A stretch of 20,000 bases of DNA from contig JWZX01003345.1 in the NCBI GenBank assembly GCA_001275005.1, positions 47,808 to 67,807 on the forward strand. Reading direction: 5' to 3'. This DNA is from Chrysochromulina tobinii (taxonomy: Eukaryota). The notes under the pieces were generated by a model, which saw only the letters and a program-made list of their open reading frames with translations, was not told where the DNA came from and made no database searches. This document shows positions 7,834-16,335 of this stretch, piece by piece (position 1 is the stretch's first letter; each line of letters opens with the position of its first letter). A program made the translations under genes and the position numbers.

Positions 7834-9312
7834 ATGAACCCACTACACAATTCTAGTTTTATATCATCTAAAGAGAATGAACATGTTTATAAAGACAAAG
7901 GAAATTTCGAAATAATATCAAATTTAAAGAATTCAAAAACAATAGAATTTTTTGAATATCTTTACTCTTATCCTCCCAAATTTACTATAAAATGTGATTC
8001 ACTTGATGAATTAACTCAAGACCTTTTTCTTGAAAATAATTATGGCGTTCTGGAACATAGTTTTCCATTCATTGATTTTGCGGAGGATTTATTTTTTCAA
8101 GGAACACCACAAACAGCAGTACGCCAAGAATATAAATTAAATGACTTTGTTGATGGATATTTCGATAAACTTTACTCCTCAACCTTTTATCAGAAAAAAA
8201 CCAAAAATATTCAAAATACCTTAGCATCTGTACCAATTTTTGTAATTATAAATGGGCATAAAGAAATCGTTCTAAGTAAACCCATTAATTCTAGCCGATC
8301 AGAAGCTCGTACACGAGCAATCGACAAAACTCTTTATGAATATTGCGGGGCCTTTGACCCTCTGACAGAAAGCCACCCAAAACTTGGATTTTTCTTTTTT
8401 AGCCGCATAGACGCCCAAAATTATCTTCAAGAAATTGCCAAATCTGATATTGATGGAACAAAAACTGTGGGTTTATCGGTTAATTGCATAGGTCTTAACT
8501 CCGCCTACCGTATAACCCGTGAACATCACCCAGGCATTGATTTTAGATTTGTGCCGGACTATCAAGAAGTTAAAACTTTATTAAAAGTTAAATTAAGCAA
8601 ATCAAGCTTAATAGTGGATGATGAACAACAACAATTACGTTTTCGACCACGAAGTGCAAATTTATTGCCATATTTTGGAAAAATAGGTAATTGGTTACTC
8701 CCAACCCGATCTTTTTTACAAAAAAATGAATACTTTAAAGGCGTACCCATTTATATAGTCCAAGTTCGAAAAGAACCAAGAAATTTGGTTACGGAACAAT
8801 ATTTTACAGTAATGGATAAATTAGATTCTGCCTGGGGAAAATTATTACAATTCTCAGACTCTTTACTTGGTTTTGGGCATAATTGGATAATGCAGGGTTC
8901 TTTAAAAGAAAGAGAAACGTCAAAAGACTATATAAATTTCATTTTTTTTAACGAAAAAGACGCAACAGATTTTGTTAAAAAACAAGGAAGAAAAGTAGCT
9001 CGTTATAGTGGAAGTCGAACGTCAAATATAGAATTGTTAGTATGTAAACCGAAGGTATTTGTATATAATCTAGAAGATTTTTTAGAATCTTGGGAAGAAA
9101 ATCTATTAACAGATTTAAGTGGGAAGAGCGTACAAACGATATTCGATGCAAATAAAATATTTTTTATACCATCAACATTTGTAAGTAACGAACTTCCGAC
9201 AATTACAGGACAGGAAAAACAATTATTTCTAGAAGTTAAAGAGACATTAAATTTAAAATATAGACTATTTAAACGTTACGTAGGTTTTCTTTTCAGCGTA
9301 GGTTATGCTTAA
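7834..9312 (+). CDS. ycf80: Ycf80, Tic22-like protein
   Basis: 492-aa ORF with Tic22-family-like motifs in order: LASVPIFVIIN, GFFFFSRIDAQNYL, IGLNSAY, FRFVPD, FKGVPIY, IFFNEKDA. Recognised from memory of the family, not from a search. Confidence 0.78.
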   Translation: MNPLHNSSFISSKENEHVYKDKGNFEIISNLKNSKTIEFFEYLYSYPPKFTIKCDSLDELTQDLFLENNYGVLEHSFPFIDFAEDLFFQGTPQTAVRQEYKLNDFVDGYFDKLYSSTFYQKKTKNIQNTLASVPIFVIINGHKEIVLSKPINSSRSEARTRAIDKTLYEYCGAFDPLTESHPKLGFFFFSRIDAQNYLQEIAKSDIDGTKTVGLSVNCIGLNSAYRITREHHPGIDFRFVPDYQEVKTLLKVKLSKSSLIVDDEQQQLRFRPRSANLLPYFGKIGNWLLPTRSFLQKNEYFKGVPIYIVQVRKEPRNLVTEQYFTVMDKLDSAWGKLLQFSDSLLGFGHNWIMQGSLKERETSKDYINFIFFNEKDATDFVKKQGRKVARYSGSRTSNIELLVCKPKVFVYNLEDFLESWEENLLTDLSGKSVQTIFDANKIFFIPSTFVSNELPTITGQEKQLFLEVKETLNLKYRLFKRYVGFLFSVGYA

Positions 9313-9341
9313 AAGGCATTTTATAATCGTTCAATACTAAT

Positions 9342-9371
9342 TTGACAAATACAATGATATTTTAATATGCT
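9342..9371 (+). promoter_or_regulatory. sigma70-type promoter of ssrA
   Basis: TTGACA (9342-9347), 18-nt spacer, TATGCT (9366-9371), 11 nt upstream of tmRNA. Confidence 0.7.
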
Positions 9372-9382
9372 TTAATAATATC

Positions 9383-9705
9383 GGGGCTGTTTCGGATTCG
9401 ACATTTAGACTTCTTTCTATATGTTCAAATAGTTTATAAAACTGTATACCAAAATAAGTGCAAACAACATCTTATCTTTTATTACAAGAACTAACAAAAA
9501 CCAGTTAGCACTGGCTTAGTTTCTTGATTTGTCAGCAAATACAATTTTCGGTATTTGCTGAACTTTTTTAATAATCAGCGTTTAAATAAAGAAGAAGCAC
9601 ATATAACATTATATGTAGAGACTAAATCGTAATGGTTATTCTAAAAAGAGATACCCAATAGTTTAGAGATCTAAATGGACGTGGGTTCAAGTCCCACCAG
9701 CTCCA
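9383..9705 (+). ncRNA. ssrA: tmRNA (transfer-messenger RNA), tag ANNILSFITRTNKNQLALA* at 9460-9519
   Basis: 5' GGGGCTGTTTCGGATTCGAC; 3' GGACGTGGGTTCAAGTCCCACCAGCTCCA. Acceptor stem has the G3:U alanine identity pair. Resume context ATAAGT-GCA-AAC, tag ends ALA. Confidence 0.93.
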
Positions 9706-9710
9706 ACGAA

Positions 9711-9795
9711 GCATCTGTAGCCCAGTGGCCGAAGGCATCGGACTCATAATCCGCTTCTCACAGAGACAACGCTGGTTCGAATCCAGCCAGATGCA
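9711..9795 (+). tRNA. trnI: CAU-anticodon tRNA with long variable arm; probably tRNA-Ile2 (lysidine), often annotated trnM(CAU)
   Basis: GCATCTG/CAGATGC-A acceptor resembles plastid trnI-CAU (GCATCCA/TGGATGC-A). Loop CTCATAA, variable arm TCTC-ACA-GAGA, T-arm GCTGG-TTCGAAT-CCAGC. The tRNA is certain; Ile versus Met identity is inferred. Confidence 0.8.
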
Positions 9796-9837
9796 TATTA
9801 AGTTAGATTTAAAAAAGACATTAAAAATATTTTGACC

Positions 9838-9910
9838 AAGGCTAAGAGGGAGTCGAACCCTCGACACCCAGAACCGGAATCTGGTGCTCTGTCCGCTGAG
9901 CCATAAGCCT
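9838..9910 (-). tRNA. trnR: tRNA-Arg (CCG)
   Basis: Reverse complement AGGCTTATGGCTCAGCGGACAGAGCACCAGA-TTCCGGT-TCTGGGTGTCGAGGGTTCGACTCCCTCTTAGCCTT. Confidence 0.9.
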
Positions 9911-10208
9911 ATGTATTAATTTTCACAATGTTTACGTCCGGAAAATGATTTATTACTTCTTTAAAGGGTTCACTATTTCTGTCCGCCCGCCAAGAATTCA
10001 TTACTTCGGCGGCCGAATTTAAAATGTGTGCCTTTTCTCTGTCTTTAATCCAGGGCTTAAAAGCTAGTTCTATTTTTAGCTGTTCCCAAGCTTCGGTCTT
10101 AGGCCAAAAATAATAACTAGTTATTGGTAACCTACATTTTGTACTGGTCTGATCAATAGCCAAACCAAGAAAATTGTTAGACCAAAGAATTTTTAATTCT
10201 AATTTCAC
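9909..10208 (-). CDS. ycf65: Ycf65 / plastid-specific ribosomal protein PSRP-3
   Basis: LKILWSNNFLGLAIDQ...PITSYYFWPKTEAWEQLKIEL..KPWI signature; GTG start. Confidence 0.93.
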   Translation of the reverse strand: MKLELKILWSNNFLGLAIDQTSTKCRLPITSYYFWPKTEAWEQLKIELAFKPWIKDREKAHILNSAAEVMNSWRADRNSEPFKEVINHFPDVNIVKINT

Positions 10209-10329
10209 ACTTTATACCAAAATTTTTGTAAAATTTTTCAATACTACCAGATAAATTACAAGAAAGGAAAGAATCAAAAAATCTAATTATTTTACTTATA
10301 AAATTGCCAAAACAAAATAATTACGAATC

Positions 10330-10572
10330 TTAAAGTTGTTCAAAGATTTTTGCACGTATAAAAATATTTCGCACCGTTTCTGTTGGCTGAGCACCATCCT
10401 TTAATCTTGCGATAATTTTCTGAAATTTTAAATGTGTTTCATCGGTCATTGGATTATAAAACCCTAACTCTTCAATGGAACTACCATCTCTTTTAGTTTT
10501 ACTGTTCATTGCAACAATACGGTAACAAGGTTGCCCCTTACGACCATATTTTTTTAGTCTAAGCTTTATCAT
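10330..10572 (-). CDS. rps16: 30S ribosomal protein S16
   Basis: MIKLRLKKYGRKGQPCYRIVAMNSKTKRDG..IEELGFYNP...GAQPTETV. Confidence 0.97.
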   Translation of the reverse strand: MIKLRLKKYGRKGQPCYRIVAMNSKTKRDGSSIEELGFYNPMTDETHLKFQKIIARLKDGAQPTETVRNIFIRAKIFEQL

Positions 10573-10584
10573 AACGAATGAAAA

Positions 10585-10722
10585 TTAAACTGTTAGTTTA
10601 TTTCTACCTCTTTTTCTTCTTGCATTTATAACACGACGGCCCGCTTTAGATTCCATTCTACTACGAAATCCAGACGTTCGTAACTTTTTTATATTTGTCC
10701 CTCGAAGTGTCCTTTTTGTCAT
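10585..10722 (-). CDS. rpl34: 50S ribosomal protein L34
   Basis: Manual translation [45 protein letters not shown] (not in the ORF track). Confidence 0.95.
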   Translation of the reverse strand: MTKRTLRGTNIKKLRTSGFRSRMESKAGRRVINARRKRGRNKLTV

Positions 10723-10758
10723 ATTTAAATAACCAAATTTATTTTAAAAATTAACAAA

Positions 10759-11061
10759 TTACCAACTAGATTTTGTTAAGCCTGGAATAAGACCATCATG
10801 TGCCATTTCACGTAGTACATGTCTAGATAACCCAAAGTCTCTGTAAAAACCTCTACTACGACCAGTCACCCAACAACGGTTTCGCTGTCGAGAAGGTGAA
10901 GAATTTCTCGGCAATTTTTCAAACTTTTTATATAATGCTAATCTATCTTGGAAAGATGTCGCCGATTTTAGTTCATTTTTAAGCAATTCGCGTTTTGCTG
11001 AATGCTTAACAACTAACCCCTCGCGCTTTTTATCACGCTGTATCATATTTTGTTTTGCCAT
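10759..11061 (-). CDS. rps14: 30S ribosomal protein S14
   Basis: [13 protein letters not shown]...[51 protein letters not shown]. Confidence 0.98.
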   Translation of the reverse strand: MAKQNMIQRDKKREGLVVKHSAKRELLKNELKSATSFQDRLALYKKFEKLPRNSSPSRQRNRCWVTGRSRGFYRDFGLSRHVLREMAHDGLIPGLTKSSW

Positions 11062-11147
11062 TATTACTGCATAATGTTAAGATTATTCGACTATGTTATA
11101 TTAATAACAATTTGATATTATTTTATATTTCCAACCTGTAACAAAGG

Positions 11148-11176
11148 ATTCTAAAAAAAATTCATCACGATGTCAA
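11148..11176 (-). promoter_or_regulatory. sigma70-type promoter of the rps14-rpl34-rps16(-ycf65-trnR) unit
   Basis: TTGACA (11176-11171), 17-nt spacer, TAGAAT (11153-11148). Confidence 0.75.
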
Positions 11177-11266
11177 TATCTAAAAGGTTTAAAAAAGAGT
11201 TTAAAATCATAGGTTATGTAAAAGATAAAAATCAAATACGAGATCTAAAATAACATTTTTTTTCAA

Positions 11267-11782
11267 ATGAATCAAAAAAACGATAATTTTATTGATAAAA
11301 CGTTCACCGTTTTAGCAGATATTTTACTAAAAGTGCTTCCTGCGACAAAAGATGAAAAACAAGCATTTTCGTATTATCGGTACGGTATGTCTGCACAATC
11401 AAGCGGAGATTACGCTGAAGCATTAGAAAATTATTACGAAGCATTAAAACTCGAAGAAGATCCGTATGATCGAAGCTATATTTTATACAATATTGGTCTA
11501 ATTTACAGTAATAATGGGGAATATTCGAAAGCGCTAGATTATTACCAACAAGCTCTCGATTTAAATTCACGTTTGCCTCAAGCCCTTAATAATATGGCTG
11601 TTATTTACCATTACCAGGGGACCAAGGCGTCTGAAAAAAAAGAGTTCGAACTCGCCCAAAATATGTTTGAAAAGGCCGGAAGTTATTGGAAAAAGGCTAT
11701 CCGTTTAGCACCAAATAATTATATCGAAGCCCAAAACTGGTTGAAAATAACGGGAAAATTGAATGATACAGACGACTTTTAA
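11267..11782 (+). CDS. ycf3: Photosystem I assembly TPR protein Ycf3
   Basis: [60 protein letters not shown]. No introns. Confidence 0.98.
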   Translation: MNQKNDNFIDKTFTVLADILLKVLPATKDEKQAFSYYRYGMSAQSSGDYAEALENYYEALKLEEDPYDRSYILYNIGLIYSNNGEYSKALDYYQQALDLNSRLPQALNNMAVIYHYQGTKASEKKEFELAQNMFEKAGSYWKKAIRLAPNNYIEAQNWLKITGKLNDTDDF

Positions 11783-11946
11783 TCAAATACGGATTAACTA
11801 CATCTTGTAATTTGGTACTATAATTCTATTGTAGAATGATAAGACAAGTAAAATTTGGACCTATTTTTATGACTTATTTAATAGGTCGTATTCAAAACAA
11901 TATAGGATATAAATTACTTTTAATTAATTGAAAAAGAATAGTTAAT

Positions 11947-13002
11947 ATGACTATTGCAATCGGGCAAAAGCAAGATCGTGGTGTATTCGATCTTATTGAT
12001 GACTGGCTAAAGCGTGACCGTTTCGTTTTCGTTGGATGGTCTGGACTTCTTCTATTCCCATGTGCATTCCTAGCTGTAGGTGGTTGGCTAACTGGTATTA
12101 CTTTCGTAACATCTTGGTACACTCACGGTCTAGCAAGTTCGTTCCTAGAAGGATGTAACTTCCTAACTGCTGCTGTATCTACTCCTGCTAACAGTATGGG
12201 TCACTCACTACTACTTATCTGGGGACCTGAAGCACAAGGTGACATCACTCGTTGGTTCCAAATTGGTGGTCTTTGGGCTTTTATTGCACTACACGGTTCG
12301 TTTGGTGTAATTGGTTTCTGTCTTAGACAGTTTGAGATCGCTCGTTTAGTAGGTATTCGTCCTTACAACGCAATCGCTTTCTCTGGTCCAATCGCCGTAT
12401 TCGTTACAGTTTTCCTAGTTTACCCTTTAGGTCAAGCAAGTTGGTTCTTTGCACCAAGTTTTGGTGTAGCGGCAATTTTCCGTTTCCTTCTTTTCCTACA
12501 AGGTTTCCACAACTGGACTCTTAACCCATTCCACATGATGGGCGTAGCTGGTATCCTTGGTGGTGCCTTACTATGTGCTATTCATGGTGCGACTGTAGAG
12601 AACACTCTTTTCGAAGATGGTGATGCTGCGAACACTTTCCGTGCATTCACTCCAACACAATCAGAAGAGACTTACTCAATGGTTACTGCAAACCGTTTCT
12701 GGTCTCAGATTTTTGGTGTTGCATTCTCTAACAAGCGTTGGTTACACTTCTTCATGCTTTTCGTACCAGTAGCTGGTATGTGGACAAGTGCGATCGGTAT
12801 TGTAGGTTTAGCACTAAACCTGCGTGCATACGATTTCGTTTCGCAAGAGCTTAGAGCCGCAGAAGACCCTGAATTCGAAACATTCTACACGAAAAACAAC
12901 CTTCTAAATGAAGGTATCCGTGCGTGGATGGCTGCACAAGATCAACCTCATGAAAACTTCATCTTCCCTGAGGAGGTACTACCACGTGGAAACGCCCTTT
13001 AA
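11947..13002 (+). CDS. psbD: Photosystem II D2 protein
   Basis: [55 protein letters not shown]. Confidence 0.99.
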   Translation: MTIAIGQKQDRGVFDLIDDWLKRDRFVFVGWSGLLLFPCAFLAVGGWLTGITFVTSWYTHGLASSFLEGCNFLTAAVSTPANSMGHSLLLIWGPEAQGDITRWFQIGGLWAFIALHGSFGVIGFCLRQFEIARLVGIRPYNAIAFSGPIAVFVTVFLVYPLGQASWFFAPSFGVAAIFRFLLFLQGFHNWTLNPFHMMGVAGILGGALLCAIHGATVENTLFEDGDAANTFRAFTPTQSEETYSMVTANRFWSQIFGVAFSNKRWLHFFMLFVPVAGMWTSAIGIVGLALNLRAYDFVSQELRAAEDPEFETFYTKNNLLNEGIRAWMAAQDQPHENFIFPEEVLPRGNAL

Positions 13003-14362
13003 CGCAGTAATTGCAGGCCGTGATATTGAATCTACAGGATTCGCTTGGTGGTCTGGTAACGCACGTCTAATTAATGTTTCTGGAAAGCTTTTAGGTGCTC
13101 ACGTTGCGCACGCGGGTCTAATGGTTTTCTGGTGTGGTGCAATGACACTTTTTGAAGTTGCACACTATATCCCAGAGAAGCCTCTATATGAGCAAGGTTG
13201 TATTCTTATCCCACACCTTACGACTCTAGGTTGGGGTGTAGGCCCTGGTGGTGAAGTAACAAATGTATACCCATTCTTTGTAGTAGGTGTTTTACACCTA
13301 ATTTCATCAGCGGTTTTAGGTTTTGGTGGAGTATATCACTCCCTAATCGGACCGGATACTTTAGAAGAGAGTTTCCCATTCTTCGGTTACGATTGGCGTG
13401 ACAAGAACAAAATGACTACAATTCTAGGTATTCACTTAATCCTTTTAGGAATCGGTTGTTTCCTTCTTGTAGCAAAGGCTTGTTTCGTTGGTGGTCTTTA
13501 TGATACATGGGCTCCAGGTGGTGGAGACGTTCGAGTAGTAAGTGCTCCTACGCTAAACCCACTAATCATCTTTGGTTACGTTCTGAAGTCACCTTTTGGT
13601 GGCGACGGTTGGATTATCAGTGTAAACAACCTAGAAGACCTTGTAGGTGGACACATTTGGTTAGGTTTCCTATGTGTTGTAGGTGGTATTTGGCACATCC
13701 TTACTAAGCCTTTTGCTTGGGCGCGTCGTACTTTCGTATGGTCAGGTGAAGCTTACCTGTCATACAGTTTAGCTGCTTTAAGTGGTATGGGTCTAACAGC
13801 TGCCGTATTTGTATGGTACAACAACACAGCGTACCCAAGTGAGTTCTTTGGTCCAACAGGTCCTGAAGCTTCACAATCTCAAGCATTCACTTTCCTAGTA
13901 CGTGACCAACGTCTTGGTGCAAACGTAGCTTCAGCTCAAGTCCAACAGTCTTGTAAGTACCTTATGAGATCACCAAGTGGTGAGATCATCTTTGGTGGTG
14001 AAACAATGCGTTTCTGGGACATGCGTGCCCCATGGGTTGAGCCACTTCGTGGTCCAAACGGTCTTGACTTAAACAAAATTCGTAACGATATTCAGCCTTG
14101 GCAAGAGCGTCGTGCGGCAGAGTACATGACTCATGCTCCTCTTGGTGCACTTAACTCGGTAGGTGGTGTAGCAACGGAGATTAACTCAGTTAACTACGTA
14201 TCTCCTCGTTCTTGGCTATGCTGTTCTCACTTCTTCCTAGGATTCTTCCTATGGGTAGGTCACTTATGGCATGCAGGTCGTGCAAGAGCTGCTGCTGCAG
14301 GTTTTGAGAAGGGTATTAACCGTGAAAATGAGCCCGTACTATCAATGCGTCCTTTAGACTAG
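12986..14362 (+). CDS. psbC: Photosystem II CP43 protein (GTG start overlapping psbD; locally scrambled motif at 13940-13954)
   Basis: GTG at 12986 preceded by SD GAGGAGG, the established psbC start (in-frame ATG at 12950 is the alternative). [39 protein letters not shown]. Confidence 0.97.
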   Translation: METPFNAVIAGRDIESTGFAWWSGNARLINVSGKLLGAHVAHAGLMVFWCGAMTLFEVAHYIPEKPLYEQGCILIPHLTTLGWGVGPGGEVTNVYPFFVVGVLHLISSAVLGFGGVYHSLIGPDTLEESFPFFGYDWRDKNKMTTILGIHLILLGIGCFLLVAKACFVGGLYDTWAPGGGDVRVVSAPTLNPLIIFGYVLKSPFGGDGWIISVNNLEDLVGGHIWLGFLCVVGGIWHILTKPFAWARRTFVWSGEAYLSYSLAALSGMGLTAAVFVWYNNTAYPSEFFGPTGPEASQSQAFTFLVRDQRLGANVASAQVQQSCKYLMRSPSGEIIFGGETMRFWDMRAPWVEPLRGPNGLDLNKIRNDIQPWQERRAAEYMTHAPLGALNSVGGVATEINSVNYVSPRSWLCCSHFFLGFFLWVGHLWHAGRARAAAAGFEKGINRENEPVLSMRPLD

Positions 14363-14394
14363 GTAAAATCTAGCCTTTAGATTTGCATAAAAAC

Positions 14395-14440
14395 AAAAAA
14401 ATAACGATTCGTCTTAACTGATGAATCGTTATTTTTTTTT
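14395..14440. terminator. Stem-loop terminator downstream of psbC
   Basis: AAAAAAATAACGATTCGTC-TTAACT-GATGAATCGTTATTTTTTT, a 19-bp stem with one G:T pair and a T-tract. Confidence 0.85.
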
Positions 14441-14593
14441 AATTTTTGTTATCCCATATTTTATATGTATTAAATACCAGAAACAGATCTCTAACCTAAA
14501 TAAAATCCAATAACATTTTTTATTATTAGGTTATTTGGTTTCTGCTTTTCAGGGAGTGATTAATATACTTATGCTGAAAGCTTTAACAAAAAT

Positions 14594-14679
14594 CGGAGAA
14601 GGTGGGATTCGAACCCACGGAAGCTTGCACTTCATCTGATTTCAAATCAGACGCAATAGACCAACTCTGCCACCTCTCC
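14594..14679 (-). tRNA. trnS: tRNA-Ser (UGA)
   Basis: Reverse complement GGAGAGGTGGCAGAGTTGGTCTATTGCGTCTGA-TTTGAAA-TCAGA, long variable arm, GTGGGTTCGAATCCCACCTTCTCCG. Confidence 0.96.
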
Positions 14680-14687
14680 TCGAGATA

Positions 14688-14716
14688 AGGATAATAAAAA
14701 CTACCTTAAATGTCAA
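14688..14716 (-). promoter_or_regulatory. sigma70-type promoter of trnS
   Basis: TTGACA (14716-14711), 17-nt spacer, TATCCT (14693-14688). Confidence 0.65.
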
Positions 14717-14760
14717 GTATACAACTAAGTTTTTAACGCAAAACGTACAAAAAAATATAT

Positions 14761-14834
14761 CGGGCAAGAAGGGATTCGAACCCCTGACACCATGGTTCGT
14801 AGCCATGTGCTCTAGTCCACTGAGCTACAAGCCC
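14761..14834 (-). tRNA. trnR: tRNA-Arg (ACG)
   Basis: Reverse complement GGGCTTGTAGCTCAGTGGACTAGAGCACATGG-CTACGAA-CCATG...AGGGGTTCGAATCCCTTCTTGCCCG. Confidence 0.96.
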
Positions 14835-14857
14835 TATACTTAGCTTCACAAAATCTT

Positions 14858-14886
14858 ATTTTAATAGCTGGGAACAAAAAAGTCAA
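14858..14886 (-). promoter_or_regulatory. sigma70-type promoter of trnR(ACG)
   Basis: TTGACT (14886-14881), 17-nt spacer, TAAAAT (14863-14858). Confidence 0.65.
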
Positions 14887-14904
14887 TTTTTAAAAAATTT
14901 ATAT

Positions 14905-14976
14905 CTGGGGTGGTAGGGCTCGAACCTACGAATAACGGAGTCAAAGTCCGCTGCCTTACCACTTGGCTACACCCCA
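14905..14976 (-). tRNA. trnQ: tRNA-Gln (UUG)
   Basis: Reverse complement TGGGGTGTAGCCAAGTGGTAAGGCAGCGGA-CTTTGAC-TCCGT...GTAGGTTCGAGCCCTACCACCCCAG; U1:A72 pair. Confidence 0.97.
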
Positions 14977-15006
14977 AAAATTCATATTCTTAAGCTTCGT
15001 ACATAG

Positions 15007-15035
15007 AAGATATATGTTCACAAAGCTATTGTCAA
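15007..15035 (-). promoter_or_regulatory. sigma70-type promoter of trnQ
   Basis: TTGACA (15035-15030), 17-nt spacer, TATCTT (15012-15007). Confidence 0.65.
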
Positions 15036-15083
15036 GATAATTTGATAAACCACCCATTTTTAGAAAAAATCTAAAAAAATTTA

Positions 15084-15118
15084 TGCCTCCTAGTAGGAAA
15101 AAACTCTACAGGGAGGCA
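15084..15118 (-). terminator. 3' stem-loop of petB-petD
   Basis: TGCCTCC...GGAGGCA inverted repeat with further internal pairing (GTAG/CTAC), 8 nt after the petD stop. Confidence 0.65.
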
Positions 15119-15126
15119 ATGTTTTT

Positions 15127-15609
15127 TTAGAAGAAACCTAGTGTTAGAGCTTGCGTAATTGGCATTGTTGCTCCAATACCTAACCAGAAAGCAATAAACG
15201 TACCCGCTAAAAATACTAATGATGCTAATGGACGTCTAAATGGGTTCTGGAACTTATTTACGTTCTCAATAAAAGGTACAGTAATTAAACCAAGAGGTAC
15301 TGCAGCCATTGAACCTACACCTAATAACTTGTTAGGGATTACTCGAAGTAAGTTAAACGTTGGGAAGAAATACCACTCAGGTAAAATCTCTAATGGAGTT
15401 GCGAAAGGATCTGCTCTTTCACCTAAAGTCGTTGGCGTAAGAACACCTAAACCGATACAACATGAAATTGTACCTAGAATACAAACAGGGAAAATGTAAA
15501 GTAGATCATTTGGCCATGCAGGCTCACCGTAATAATTGTGACCCATACCTTTTGCTAATTTAGCTCTTAGCTTTGGATCAGATAAGTCTGGCTTTTTTAA
15601 GATAGACAT
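15127..15609 (-). CDS. petD: Cytochrome b6f subunit IV
   Basis: [55 protein letters not shown]. Confidence 0.99.
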   Translation of the reverse strand: MSILKKPDLSDPKLRAKLAKGMGHNYYGEPAWPNDLLYIFPVCILGTISCCIGLGVLTPTTLGERADPFATPLEILPEWYFFPTFNLLRVIPNKLLGVGSMAAVPLGLITVPFIENVNKFQNPFRRPLASLVFLAGTFIAFWLGIGATMPITQALTLGFF

Positions 15610-15687
15610 AATAAATAATAAATTGATTAATTAATTGCTGTAATGTAATAAACGTGAGGAATCTAAACAAAAAGGAAAACTTAAAGT

Positions 15688-16335
15688 TTATAAAGGACCA
15701 GAAATTCCTTGCTTACGAATCATAACGAAATGTGTAAGCATTAGAACTGCTGCTACCACAGGTAAAACGAATGTGTGTGCACTGTAGAATCGAGTTAGAG
15801 TGGATTGTCCAACGCTTACACCACCACGTAAAAGTTTAACAACTAAATCTCCAACAACTGGAATAGCATCAGGAACACCTGTTACAATCTTACAAGCCCA
15901 GTAACCAACTTGATCCCAAGGTAAAGAATACCCTGTTACACCGAAAGATACTGTTACAGAAGCTAAAGCAACGCCAGTAACCCAAGTTAACTCTCTTGGT
16001 TTTTTAAAACCACCTGTTAGATAAACACGACAAACATGAAGAATCATATTCAGCACCATCATACTTGCGGACCATCTGTGAACAGAACGAATTAGCCAGC
16101 CGAAGTTAACTTGAGTCATAATGTACTCTACGGAAGCAAAAGCCTCAGTTACTGTTGGACGGTAATAGAAAGTCATTGCAAAGCCTGTTGCGACTTGAAC
16201 AATGAAACATGTTAGTGTAATACCACCAAGACAGTAGAAAATGTTTACATGTGGTGGTACATACTTACTAGTAATATCATCTGCAATTGCTTGAATTTCA
16301 AGACGCTCTTGAAACCAATCGTATACGTTACTCAT
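15688..16335 (-). CDS. petB: Cytochrome b6 (215 aa; true start is the ATG at 16335)
   Basis: [28 protein letters not shown] (heme ci Cys), heme His motifs, [10 protein letters not shown]. The 11-aa upstream extension in the ORF track is not homologous. Confidence 0.98.
   Translation of the reverse strand: MSNVYDWFQERLEIQAIADDITSKYVPPHVNIFYCLGGITLTCFIVQVATGFAMTFYYRPTVTEAFASVEYIMTQVNFGWLIRSVHRWSASMMVLNMILHVCRVYLTGGFKKPRELTWVTGVALASVTVSFGVTGYSLPWDQVGYWACKIVTGVPDAIPVVGDLVVKLLRGGVSVGQSTLTRFYSAHTFVLPVVAAVLMLTHFVMIRKQGISGPL

Noticed and set aside
7026..8750. Two 62-aa minus-strand ORFs
   Set aside because: Antisense to chlI and ycf80; no recognisable motifs.
9622..9867. 81-aa minus-strand ORF
   Set aside because: Overlaps trnR(CCG), the CAU tRNA and tmRNA; the translation is a typical tRNA shadow.
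12908..12985. N-terminal extension of psbC in the ORF track
   Set aside because: Lies within psbD; the established start is the SD-preceded GTG at 12986.
11304..13886. Short alternate-frame or antisense ORFs within ycf3, psbD and psbC
   Set aside because: By-products of the codon bias of the real genes.
14761..14834. Two U/U mismatches in the trnR(ACG) acceptor stem as a sign of pseudogene or editing
   Set aside because: Acceptor mismatches are a usual feature of plastid trnR(ACG); the rest of the cloverleaf and its promoter are intact.
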